Source: Octopus vulgaris | Lineage: Eukaryota | DNA: 64,000 nucleotides | Direction of reading: 5' to 3' | NCBI GenBank assembly: GCA_951406725.2 | Contig: OX597823.1 | Location: forward strand, 96,720,001-96,784,000 | Part shown: piece after piece, positions 1 to 12,158 of the stretch | Position numbering within the stretch: position 1 is the stretch's first letter | How the letters are laid out: every line of letters starts with the position of its first letter | Program-made: the position numbers and the translations under genes | The notes under the pieces: model-generated | Told to the model about the DNA's origin: nothing | The model's input: only the letters and a program-made list of their open reading frames with translations | Database searches by the model: none

Positions 1-56
1 GAGGCCTTTACCATTGCTTACAAGTCCATCAAAGATCTTGCTATTTGGCTTGAAAT

Positions 57-245
57 CATCATCATCTTTTTCTGTCCATTTTCTATGCTGGCATAAGTCG
101 AACAATTTGAGATGATACAATGGGTCTGAGGTCTACACCGTGCCCCAGTGTCTGCATTAACATGGTTTCTAAAACTGGATCCCTTTCCCAACATCAACCA
201 CCTTACAAAGAACTCTTGGGGGCCCTCTTTGTGGCACCAGCACTA
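57..245 (-). mobile_element. Degenerate 3' part of (GAT)n-tailed SINE/LINE-tail family E
   Basis: catcatcatc...gtccattttctatgctggcat...ctggatccctttcccaac matches the reverse complement of the copies at 39500-40024 and 61840-62381. Confidence 0.6.
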
Positions 246-464
246 GTGAGGTTGCCATACAGCTCATAAGACTAAGATCCCTTTCAATGAGTGAGGCTAC
301 AGTAGAAAGGGAAACAGCTTTATACTAGGAGACGAGAGGGTAAAGTCTAAAAGAAGGAACTAGAACAGAGCAGATTTCTTGCTGAAGAGGAGCTACATGG
401 CTACTCAAATTATAGAAAAGTGGGTGGGAGTACCTGGGTGTGTTGGTGGAACAAGTGATAGAAT

Positions 465-672
465 AATCCTTTCTACTATAGGCACAAGGCCTGAAATTTG
501 GGGGAGGGGTATAGTCGATTACATCAACCCCAGTGTGTAACTGGTACTTAGTTTATCGACCCCGAAAGGATGAAAGGCAAAGTCGACCTCGGCGGAATTT
601 GAACTCAGGACGTAGCTGCAGACGAAAGGCTTCTAAGCATTTCGCCCAGCGTACTAACGATTCTGCCAGCTA
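465..672 (-). mobile_element. tRNA-related SINE family B
   Basis: gaccccgaaaggatgaaaggcaaagtcgacctcggcggaatttgaactcag recurs many times in the window; B-box-like GAGTTCAAATTCC on the - strand. Confidence 0.8.
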
Positions 673-1102
673 GGGAGAATGGGTGGGTAGAGGATGCAAG
701 AGTGTAGGGGGGAAATGGGAGTGAGGGATGCTTAGGGAGAAGTGGTGATGAAGATTTCCAGTTAGTAAATCCAACGAACTGAAGAACAAAAAAAAAAAAA
801 TTAAGACTTCATAAGAAAATTTTTTTGGATAAAACAAAAAAGTAACATGTGCTCTATATTTCTTATAAACGTTTATTTAATTTTGTAAATTAAAACAAAA
901 AATCAATGGTTAACTAAACAGTAATGAATTATATCTGTTTATTTTATTTAATTTTAAATTTCGGCATGATTTATAATTGGATATCCAGTGGAAATTTGAG
1001 AAGTTATATCAAAAGTTATCTAAATGCAGGGGATAAAAGTTAAAAAGAAGCACTGCGTTAACCATCAATCAGATAGTTTAGTTAAAATTTATCGGTTACT
1101 TA

Positions 1103-1608
1103 CCGTAAATTCTCGAGTATAGTCCGCCCTTGAGTATAATACGCAGGGGATTTTGAGGGTGCTGTGCCTCTGAAAAACCTAAACCTTGTGTATAATACGC
1201 ACCCCTTCTCTAACTTGAGTCAAGGAGGTCTATATAACATCCTTGGTTTGTAAAAATGTATACGGTAACGTCCTTTTTTATTTTATTATTGTACATATAA
1301 CAAAATGCAAACGTGTAGCTTTTTTGTGCATTTTGTTTGCAGAAAATAACAGTAATAATGTTAATAAATGTTGCTTACTGCAAGTTATGGATGATTCTTT
1401 TGACTTTATTGCTTTCAGGCTTAGCTTAAGGTATTTTCGCGTCTGATATCTCAAAATGCATCAGAATAAACTTTACCGGAAGGCAAATAGAGACTCGGAC
1501 ATTGCTTAGAAAATAATTTTCATTTTTAACCTCGTATATAGTACGCACTAGGGATTTTGACCTTTAAATTTTGGGGAAAAAGTGCGGATTATACTCGAGG
1601 ATTTACGG
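1103..1608. mobile_element. Non-autonomous Tc1/mariner (Tc2-like) MITE
   Basis: TIRs CCGTAAATTCTCGAGTATAGTCCGC ... GCGGATTATACTCGAGGATTTACGG; TA on the left, CA (mutated TA) on the right; CCGT termini are typical of Tc2-group elements. Confidence 0.75.
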
Positions 1609-2710
1609 CATTTCATGAACCGATGAGGGACCCTCTATGCGACTGTTTAACATGCTAGAAAAAGCAGCCAAATCTCTGTGAAATCACAAACCGCAACTGT
1701 CTTAAATGACTGAAAAATGTTTTTAAAATACTATATAACGGAAATGCGAACAGATTTCAATTTAAGTTCTGGAAAGTTTTGTAAACAAAATTTAGTGAAG
1801 CGAATTAGCTGCGCCGGACAGAATGTTTTGTGGTATTTGTTCCGACGGTCAATGCTTTGATTTCAATGCCGCCGAGGTCAATTTTGCTTTCATTCTTCCA
1901 CTGAGGATGAAATAAAGAAGAAAAATCCAGAGAGGAAGATTAGCGGGAGAGTAAAAACGTCAGATCGGATTCAACGCGGTATCTGTTGCTGGCTCTTCAA
2001 GGGTTCTGAGTTCAAACCTTGCCTTGGCTTACTTAGGTGGTAGGCTTAATCCATCGCTCAGTTTCACCCTTCACCTTTCATAAGTTTGTCATGAACGTCC
2101 ATCTTTGTTTTCAGACTTTGTCATACGTTCTGAGTAAGATAAAGCCTTCTTTTAAATAAGTACTAAGTTACTCTGGTGGTTTTTTAAAAAATGGGAATGT
2201 GTATCGTACATGATGCATGGACGCCGGGGAAATATGTCCTGCGTAGCACAGAGTAAGTATATTAGCGCGGGAACGAAATTTACTTAGAGGGTTCAAAGCC
2301 AGGTCCATTTTTTTTTTACAAACGAAGTCGATTTCTTCAATCTTAATATCAAAACAAACACAGGTATAATAATCCATTCTACAATAGGCATAAGGCCTGA
2401 AACTGAGGGGAGGGGGATAGTCGATTAGATCGACCCAGTATTCAACTGGTACTTGATTTATCGACCGCCGAAAGGATGAAAGGCAAAGTGGAATAAACAC
2501 AGGTTTAATAATAATGGTACGTCAATCAAGTCAGATAAACCTAATAATGGAAAAGTAATGCTTCAAATCAGTCCAGAAATGTCTCTACAATCGTTCGTTT
2601 TGGCGATTAAGTTTTTCAGAAGGATGTTCAAAGCGTTTTCATGGCCTCACCACCCTGCAAAAAAAAAACCCATTAGGCGCAGGAGTGGCAAAAAAAAAAA
2701 AAAAAACAGT

Positions 2711-3095
2711 AGGCGCAGGAGTGGCTGTGTGGTAAGTAGCTTGCTTACCAACCACATGGCTCCGGTTTCAGTCCCACTGCGTGGCACCTTGGGCAAGTGT
2801 CTTCTACTATAGCCTCGGGCCAACCAAAGCCTTGTGAGTGGATTTGGTAGACGGAAACTGAAAGAAGCCCGTCGTATATATGTATATATATGTATGTGTG
2901 TGTGTGTCTATCCCCCCAATATCGCTTGACAACCGATGCTGGTGTGTTTACGTCCCTGTAACTTAGCGGTTCGGAAAAAGAGACCGATAGAATAATTACT
3001 AGGCTTACAAAGAATAAGTCCTGGGGTCGATTTGCTCGACTAAAGGCGGTATTCCAGCACGGCTGCAGTCAAATGACTGAAACAGTAAAAGAGAG
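2711..3095 (+). mobile_element. tRNA-headed SINE family A, full length (about 390 bp, internal TA/TG microsatellite)
   Basis: Head ggcgcaggagtggctgtgtggtaag (A box), B-box-like GTTTCAGTCCC, tail gactgaaacagtaaaagag; more than 10 copies in the window. Confidence 0.85.
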
Positions 3096-3299
3096 TATTA
3101 GAGTATTAGCGGGTGTGCGTTTGCATCTCCTGTTCCTGAGCCTCTGAGCATGGAAATGGTTGACATCACTTTCTGGTATCTTGGGTTTCTTTAGCGGAGT
3201 CGACTCTGTTATAAGCATTCGGGGCGGGACTTCGCTTCGAGGATACCTTTCTCCTTTCCTAACACTTAGTTTCGGGGACCCTGTAGAAACAATAAAATA

Positions 3300-3498
3300 A
3301 CCCTTTCAGCCATAGGCACTAGGCCCGAAATTTGGGGAAAGCGGAGGAGCTCAACTGGTATTTATTTCATCGATCTCAAAAGGGATTCAAGGCAGAGTCG
3401 ATCTCGACGGAATTCGAATTCAGAACGTAAAAATGGATGAAATGCCGTTTAGTAATGCTTGTCCGCTGTGCTAACAATTTTGCCTGCTCGCCGCCTTA
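3300..3498 (-). mobile_element. SINE family B, diverged copy
   Basis: aggcagagtcgatctcgacggaattcgaattcagaacg...ctcgccgcct aligns to family B. Confidence 0.65.
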
Positions 3499-4017
3499 GA
3501 AATCAAAATAATAGGTGGGAGGAAGTTACTGTTGGAGTTATTAATCGACGGCCGATACTCACTTCTCAAAGGGTTCAAGCCAGAAGGGAGTTACTATATG
3601 CACACGCGACCTGCTAGAAAATAACAGCCAAATATCCTACAAACTACATCCCACCGTCATAAAAAAAAAGGACATGATATGGATAATATTGTCCTATATT
3701 CCTTGCACATAAGAAAAAGACAGGATGGCTCTGGCTTGAATGCCTTTGGTCAAAGGTCTGTTCGATTAGTGGCGGCCTGAGGCTAAACAACACCAGCAGT
3801 AAGTCAATGGATTCTGTACGGAGTACAAAGGATTGGCAGCGATAATTAGATGTAGAGAGAAAGGGGAAGGCGTTGAATCAGTCGGCAGACGGCGTGAAAG
3901 ACTTGTTAATAGATTCAGAAATGTGTCATCAACGAGTGTGTGTGTGTGGGGACATAATCTCTGAATGAAATCGGCGATTGTCAAATCGTTTAATAAGTGA
4001 TATATTGCGTGCGTGCG

Positions 4018-4329
<312 letters not shown>

Positions 4330-4600
4330 TTCATCCATCCATCTGTCCAGCCCAGCCCAACGTATCCAAAAGCGAAACTCGTACCATTTATGGAATGAAG
4401 TTCCATAAATGCCTAAATGCATCCCAATTGGATAATTTATATACAAGTACTACTTTCATATCTTCGCAAATTTACGCCTGTAAACTCCCAGCAAAGTATG
4501 AAGAATCAACATTAGAAATCTCTTTTGGAAACCTCCAATTAAAGGACGAATCTATATTCAACTTTTACACACCTATACATACACACACACATACACGCAG

Positions 4601-4926
<326 letters not shown>

Positions 4927-6009
4927 ACACATGTCATACACACACACACACATATGAAATTGTCTGGAGTGAGGAGTGTCCAGCACTTTAGACTGATTCC
5001 TTCCATGGTATTAAAATAGAAGGTAAATAACAGAAAGGATGTAAAACTTTCCTGTCTTTCCTCCGTCCTCATATCATCTTAAGCATATTAATCAAGACGA
5101 AGGACTTTATCCGAAACGTCGGATACTCCACGCCCCACACCAATTCCACAGTACTCTTTCTGTCGCTTTTTCCAAACACGAGTTTTGTCGTCGCAGACCA
5201 CTGCCAGTCGCCTGGATTGTTTTATTTTGTATGTGTGTATGTACGCATGCATGCTTGAATGTATGTATATGTATGTGTGTCTGAATGTATGGATGGATGG
5301 GACGGATGAATGGATGGCGGTAGCTAACCAACCGGCCAACCGACCAACTAGTCTATCATTAAAACATGTGAATGGGCTGGAATAATAGTAAATAAATAAG
5401 AATAAAATCTGCTACTGCTGTAGTATGTAATGTTGTTTTACTACCGCCTCTCACCCCCATCATCTCTAATTCTTGCTCTTCCTGGCATGACCGCTAAAGT
5501 GCTAAAATCGTCCCGACCGTCGCCCGTTTCTATGTTTTAAAGCTCCACTGTTTTCTTGTTAACTGCAGCCTGTTGACTGTGACAATTAAGTCAGTTAGTT
5601 ATTTAAGAGTGGAAAATTAATCATCCTGTCCTGGAGCCTTCCGTATGTAAGAGCTGAGAAATAAATAGATGAATTGACTAACATTATAGTGGTTTTTTAT
5701 TATTATTAGACAAAGACAAAGAGACGGCGAGAGGGATAAAAATGTGAGAGAAAAAGAGAAGTGAGAATGAATGAGGATTATTCGGAGTGGACGAAAGTGA
5801 GTAAGTAGGTGAAGAGGAATACACAAACACATTAAATGAAAGACAGGCCTATCTGTGTACATACAGCAAAACACATACATATGCTTGGGATGAAGCGACC
5901 AGTACGTATATATACACACACTTAACAAGGACGTACACTTAGGAGCGATTGAGTGAGAAGGGCGCATAATAGATAAGCACATTCTAGCGTTACGGTCACA
6001 TACACACAC

Positions 6010-6049
<40 letters not shown>

Positions 6050-6099
6050 GCACTTATAGGACGGGCTGAATGAAAAAGAAAAGCAGTAGGTGATATAGG

Positions 6100-6340
6100 A
6101 GTGACAGAGAGCGAGAGAGAACGAGAGAGAGAGAGAGAGAGAGAGTAACATACTAGAAAAGAAAAAAGAGAAAGAAACATTGCAACAGTAGATAGAGAGA
6201 AACGTATTAGAACAGGACGACGAGAGGGAGAGAGAGAGATAGAGAGTATTAGAACAGAAAGAAAGAGGAAATAGAGGGAGGGAGAAAAAGAAAAAGGAAG
6301 AGACAGGGGAGGAAGAGAAAGAGAGAGAGTGAGAGAGATT
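6100..6340 (+). repeat. GA-rich / (GA)n tract upstream of the integrin exon (possible promoter-proximal region)
   Basis: Purine-rich GAGA runs about 200-450 bp upstream of the ATG; a regulatory role is inference only. Confidence 0.5.
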
Positions 6341-6555
6341 CTGAGATTTTGAACAGTCGTTGTTTTCAGATTGAGTCAGGCTGACGGAAAGTTATTTGTG
6401 ATCTTCATTTTTGTTTCTGACCCTACTAATTCATTTTAAATCTTTAAATATTTGCTACTACGAAACGGATCGCTAAACAATACAATCACTTCCTTATAAT
6501 TATATTATTCAACTATATATATTTATAAACAAGATCACACACACACACGTATAAT

Positions 6556-6764
6556 ATGATCATTTTAAACAGGTTCTCTTATTTAAGTCCTAAAAAAACA
6601 TATTACCAATTCATGTGTTGGTTAACTATCTTACTGTTATATTTATTTTATCCGCTTTCTGCATTTAATATCGATACAAAACATGCTCGGGTTTACAGCG
6701 GCAAGACTGAGACTTACTTTGGATACTCGGTGGGTCTGGCTCACCTTACATCGGCCACTAATAA
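6556..6764 (+). CDS. ITGA: Integrin alpha subunit, first coding exon (signal peptide plus start of the FG-GAP beta-propeller)
   Basis: Translation MIILNRF...MCWLTILLLYLFYPLSA|FNIDTKHARVYSGKTETYFGYSVGLAHL shows a hydrophobic signal peptide, the integrin-alpha mature N-terminus FN(L/I)D and the YFGYSV motif. The exon ends in phase 2 at AA|GTAAGT. The start may be ATG 6556 or the in-frame ATG at 6613. The paralog cannot be assigned. Confidence 0.9.
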
Positions 6765-6770
6765 GTAAGT
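6765..6770 (+). promoter_or_regulatory. 5' splice donor of integrin alpha intron 1
   Basis: Perfect GTAAGT directly after the FG-GAP coding segment; the ORF stop codon lies inside this donor. Confidence 0.85.
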
Positions 6771-7035
6771 ATCAATAAATATGTTCATCCCTCTGTGCCT
6801 GTGTATAATATCTATCCATGTATCCATCCATCCATCCATCTCTCTGTCTGTCTCTCCTATCACACACACACACACACGAAATAAACGATGCTTTCTGTTG
6901 TTATTCATATTAATTTTTAATCTATATTTAATGTACGGCGGTTTAATAAGCTTTCATCTCCTTGGTATTTTGACAAATATACCTACCTATACACACACAC
7001 ACGCATACATATACAACCACATCTCTGTCTCTCTC

Positions 7036-7186
<151 letters not shown>

Positions 7187-7745
7187 CGATGTATGTTTTT
7201 GTATCAGCCTCTTAAAATATATTTTGTATTTATTCTTCATTCCTTCGCAACCAAACTCCAAGCCGGTCACTGCAACTGACAGGAATGATTCTCTTGTTTT
7301 TAATTTAGACATGCCAAGCAGCTGTCTTTGTGTGTGTGTGTGTTTTTTTTTTTTTTAGCCCTGGTCAACCTTGATTGAGAAAACTTATGATCAAAGACAT
7401 TATAGCTGTGATCACCGTTTTAGTTTAGGTCATTGTAGTTAGACTATAACATCTACTGTGTCCTTTTAAGATAGCATGATGTAAATTGAAGATTTAGCTG
7501 TTATTTCTAGCAGGCCGAGCGACTACATGCCTCCTTCCTCGATTGTTTATGTGGGTGTGTGTACGTCTGATGTATTTACATATATATGTATTGGAGAGGC
7601 AAGTTTTTTAAAAATATTAATAAAAATTGATATATTAAATACATACACACATGTATGTGTATGCTCGCGCGTGTAGGTCTGTCTGTCTGTCTATTTCAAT
7701 GTATACACACACACACACACATGTGCTTATATTGTAGAACTTTGG

Positions 7746-7960
7746 AAGGCGGCGAGCTGGCAGAATTATTAGTACGTCGGAGAAAATATTTAGTGGTGTT
7801 TCTTCACGTTCCGAGTTCAAATTCCGCCGAGGGCGAACTTTACCATTCCTATTTACGGAGTCTATAAAATAAGTACTAGTTGAATACTTGGGGGTCGATG
7901 TAATCGGCTGCCCACTTCTCTCAAAATTGCTGACCCTGTGCCAAAACTAGAAAGAATTAT
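7746..7960 (+). mobile_element. SINE family B
   Basis: aaggcggcgagctggcagaa...gagttcaaattccgccgagg...ggggtcgatgtaatcg. Confidence 0.75.
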
Positions 7961-8970
7961 AGAACTTTGGAAGCGTGGGGCGTTTCACCACAGAACGTAG
8001 AGAAATGAGACTAAATATTCCATTGTGTCTTTCCTGCCGAAATCATCTTTACCTTTCTTCTTTCCGGAGCCGATAAAATAAAAAAAGTAGCGAGTCTATA
8101 GTTTGGTCTTCGTCATATTCTTCGGAATGGGGCTCAAACAAAACAGGGAATGCGACTGTATTTAATCTTTATTTTATCAGGTACCTGTGATATAGCTTTC
8201 TTATTTTCTGTAAACACACTCCAGCAGTTTAAGTGGTGTGAATCGACTTTAATCGAATATCAAAACCACTTTGCGGAATGACGATCTTTGAACATAACTC
8301 GTACTATAAATAAGCCATCTAAGGAGACTTTAAGTTGGCATTGAATCTGTTACAAACCACCAGCCTTGGATAATATAGTTTTTGTTGCACTGTTTAGAGG
8401 GAAACGGGATGGGACAATCATTTCCGTAATATTTTTGACTAAATGTTTGCTCGGCCAGCCCCGAAGAGAGATAAAATACCAACAGTTCTGCTCCTAGAAA
8501 TAGCAGCCAAATCTCCCTCAAATTAAACTCCTATTGTTTTTAAAAAGGACATCATTCATATTTCAATTTATTTGTTCTAAACTTAACTGAAATGTTTTTG
8601 ATCATAGGTCTGCCTTTTCGATCAAGACCAACTTTGAGGTGGGGTTAATTAACAATAGGTCCTACTTTATACAATTTTCGAAAATTAAGTATGAGATCGT
8701 GTAACGTTCATGGTTTTGCTTTTTCGGAACACGAGAAACTTGAATTGAAATGAAAAAGTTTTAATCAAGAGATGTCGCTGACTTGAATGAATTCATTCCT
8801 CTCTTTAAAAAAAACGTGTTGGTTGTTAAAAACGGGAGAGCAATGTGTTCTGTGTACTGTTTGGAATTCAGGTTTGGTTCAAATTACGCAGTTTTAGGCC
8901 TTGGAATCGTAATGATACATTACAAGATCTACAATTGAATATTATTGATCCCACTTCTAGGACTAAGCTG

Positions 8971-9002
<32 letters not shown>

Positions 9003-9006
<4 letters not shown>

Positions 9007-9350
9007 ACAGCATTCAGAGTAAAAGCCACTCGACCACCGACTGACATAACATCACAGATACACACCAGCATTCTGGTCCACAAGCGTGCAGTATCATCCA
9101 TCTGCCTTTTACGCTACTACTATATTAGCCTCTGTTCTTCCAATCTGGCTTGTTTGTGTGTCATCGCTATTCAAGCACTCTGTCCTCTCTCTTCTTCCCA
9201 TCACTGGTGTTGTGTTCTCAGCCTGCATTAAACATTTGCCCCAGTCTTTGCACAACAGAACCTAGATTCTTTGGAATCTTTTTTCTGCCCATGCTTCTCC
9301 TGCAAGTATTGACATGCACCAGTTTAAGCGGGATATTATCGACATGAATC
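9003..9350 (+). mobile_element. Degraded 3' end of a CR1/Jockey-group LINE ORF2
   Basis: Frameshifted translation LDSIQSK...LVHKRAVSSICLLRYY...CSSNLA...RT*ILWNL...FK resembles the LDxIQ..L.HRR.V..LC.FYRYY..CS..L..RT..LWN.LP C-terminus of such LINEs. Confidence 0.6.
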
Positions 9351-10254
9351 AATCAAAAGTTTCGGTGGAGATGCAAAGGCCATGGACATGAGCTCTTCTT
9401 CAAACCTAGCAGGTTAATAAAAAGTAATCTTTTATGAACATGTGAACATGTTCTTAGAGGAATCGTTGGTCATTTGAAGAAGAAAAAAGTCGCTTTAAAA
9501 AATTTTTTTTTAACCAGAACTACTGCAGACGATTTGATATTCCCCCAAATATTTGGGGCTTTATACCTATGGCAGAAATTATTATTATTGTTGTTATTAC
9601 CATACAGGAAGGTGATGTTATTGCAGAATCATTGAAGTGTTGGATTAAAAAAACTTTTAAGGTTTAATTCTTTCTTTACGATCTGAGTTCAAAACCCCTC
9701 TCTGGATGACAACCATCGAGTGGCAATAAATTAACCATTAGTCAAGATCACAAATTGCTTGTTACTTTGGGCTAACGCAAGAAATCATTATTTATTAAAC
9801 AAAAGGGTCTGGTGAACACCGCTGATTAGAACGTGTACACCTAGCGAGCCGGTTTCAATTTTCGCACGAAACCAGTCCATAATTTCGTTCAGGCCATGAG
9901 TACCCCTAAGACGGATGTGGACATCTTAGCTTCATTTAATCGCTCATAATTTTTTAAAATTTTTATCAGAAATCGTTAGTTGTTTAATCCAGGTCGAAAC
10001 AAGTTCCGATTCCGGGTTGTAAGACCTTCCACCTCGCTTATCGCTGGGGCTCCTGAAAAAAAGTAAGAAAAGAAAAAAGAAACTTGTACATCATATAGTT
10101 TCATTTACTCTTCTCTATGCAATCTGGTGAGATACATCTGGTTGTTAGTTATGCTTATTTCGGTAATTCCCAACCTGTATAGTTCTTAGAATAGTAATGT
10201 GTTTAGCACGTAACAAGGTATTGAACCCACTGACGCTTTACAATATATAATATA

Positions 10255-10490
10255 TCTTATTTCTTTATTGCCCACAAGAGGCTAAACATAGAGGGGACAA
10301 ACAAGGACAGACAAATGGATTAAGTCGATTACATCGATCCCAGTGCGTAACTGGTTCTTTATTTATCGACCCCGAAAGGATAAAAGGCAAAGTCGACTTC
10401 GGCGGAATTTGAACTCAGAACGTAACGGCAAACGAAATATCGATAAACATTTCGCCCGGCGCGCTAACGTTTCTGCCAGCTCGCCGCCTT
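10255..10490 (-). mobile_element. SINE family B, young full-length copy
   Basis: CpG-intact copy from ttctttattgcccacaag to ttctgccagctcgccgcctt. Confidence 0.85.
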
Positions 10491-11747
10491 GTGACGCTTT
10501 ACAATATGTAATAGAAATTATATTAAATTAAAATATATACTTTATTTGCACTAAATACTTCATTCGTTTAAAAAATTCAACTAGCGAAACATTTGGCCAC
10601 CAGTAACGAATCATTATAACACATACGTACGTACGTGTGAATTCATGCATACATACATATTTACGCTGGCGTGCGCGCGCACACACACACACACATACAT
10701 ACGTACGTACGTGTGAATTTATTGGCGCGCACACACACACACACATATGTACGTACGCACGCACGCACGTCCGTATGGTAATTCATTCTTTGTGGCGAAT
10801 AAGAATTAACTTAATCAGTGAATTCAAAACGGAATGTCAACTTTATGCTTCATTCTTATAAACTTCACAGTATATTAAAGATAAACAATTATAACTATAA
10901 TGTTCTCTTATCTGATTTAAAACATGGAGAAGTCTCTGTCCCCCGTCTTCTTTTTCCGTTAAAGATATTTATTCGATGAAGACTTCAGAAGGGAATGGTG
11001 AGACATATCGAATTTCATAGCTTGTAATTGTATAGCCTCACAGACACTCCATATAAACCTTATTGTGTCTTTGTAGAGAGAGGAGTGTATAGGGAGAGAT
11101 TTGTGCACGTGTATATGTGTGTCAGGGTATTTGTCTGGCATTTCGTGTTTTAGTGTCTTAAGTTCGTGTACGCACACATACACAAGCACACACTCTCAAG
11201 CATACATAATTTAGTACACACACAGACACATACACAAATGTTTGGGAGTCGTGATAGTATGAACTTGAACGATTTTTGTGATCACTTTTTTCCATGTTTA
11301 ACCCCAGGTTAGCTCTCACTGGACCGGCATATAATCAAAGGCATTCTAACTCTCTTTATTATATTTTTTTAAAGAAAGATGCCTTAGACTACATCATCCA
11401 GTTCCGCTTTCCCTTTCTTAAAACAGCAGTGTGACACCGAGGGAAACTTGGTTGCTGTGTCTAGCAAGTTGGGCGACCATGTAGAAGCTTTGTATTATTA
11501 TCCATCTTCTGGCTTTTAGATTTAATCCTTTCAATTTTTTTTCTAAGTTTCATTTATTGCAAGTGACATTAGCTAACCCTTAACAGTCCTTTAACTCCTG
11601 GTGTTAGACTTGAAAAAAAAAAAAAAACGGGGAAAGGATTTAGCTGCGGTTGCAAGGAATGTATTGCAGTTCAATATGTGGCCGCGTGTGTATCGTTGGC
11701 GATTTTCTTTCTCCGTCTTCCCTTCCTTGGACCTTTCCTTTTTCTAT

Positions 11748-11782
11748 GTTTCTGACGAAGAGCTCCGCTCGAAACGTTAAAT
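11748..11782 (+). ncRNA. Minimal type I hammerhead ribozyme within a TA-flanked short element (about 11690-11866)
   Basis: GTTT CTGACGA A GAGC-TCC-GCTC GAAAC GTT AAAT: intact CUGANGA/GAAA core, 4-bp stem II, palindromic AACGTT stem III, stem I GUUU/AAAU. Confidence 0.7.
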
Positions 11783-11887
11783 CCTCCATTCTTTCATTTC
11801 CTGAGCGTCCAATAACACTATACTTGTTCCACGTCCTCGCGTTGTTGTTCGTGTTTGGAGTAATTATATATATATATATATATATAT

Positions 11888-12057
11888 ATCAAAAGGATGT
11901 GTTATAATACTTTTCCACATATACAAAAACAGCCATACCAACAATCCAACATACTTCCATCATCAGCTGCCCCACGGATATCATTATGGTTTCGACACTG
12001 GGCAGTACTATTCAATCCGGCAGTGTCAACAGCACTAAAATAAGTGTTGTTCGGGAT
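11888..12057. repeat. Microsatellite-flanked dispersed repeat (second copy at 58125-58250) with internal hairpin
   Basis: atcaaaaggatgtgttataatact...cagctgccc...gatatcattatggttt...tgggcagtac occurs twice. Confidence 0.7.
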
Positions 12058-12097
12058 ATATATATTTATATATGGTCACTGACTGAAACAAGTAAAA

Positions 12098-12158
<61 letters not shown>

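Noticed and set aside
2711-2790. tRNA genes at SINE heads
   Set aside because: A/B boxes are present but there is no cloverleaf; they are parts of multi-copy SINEs.
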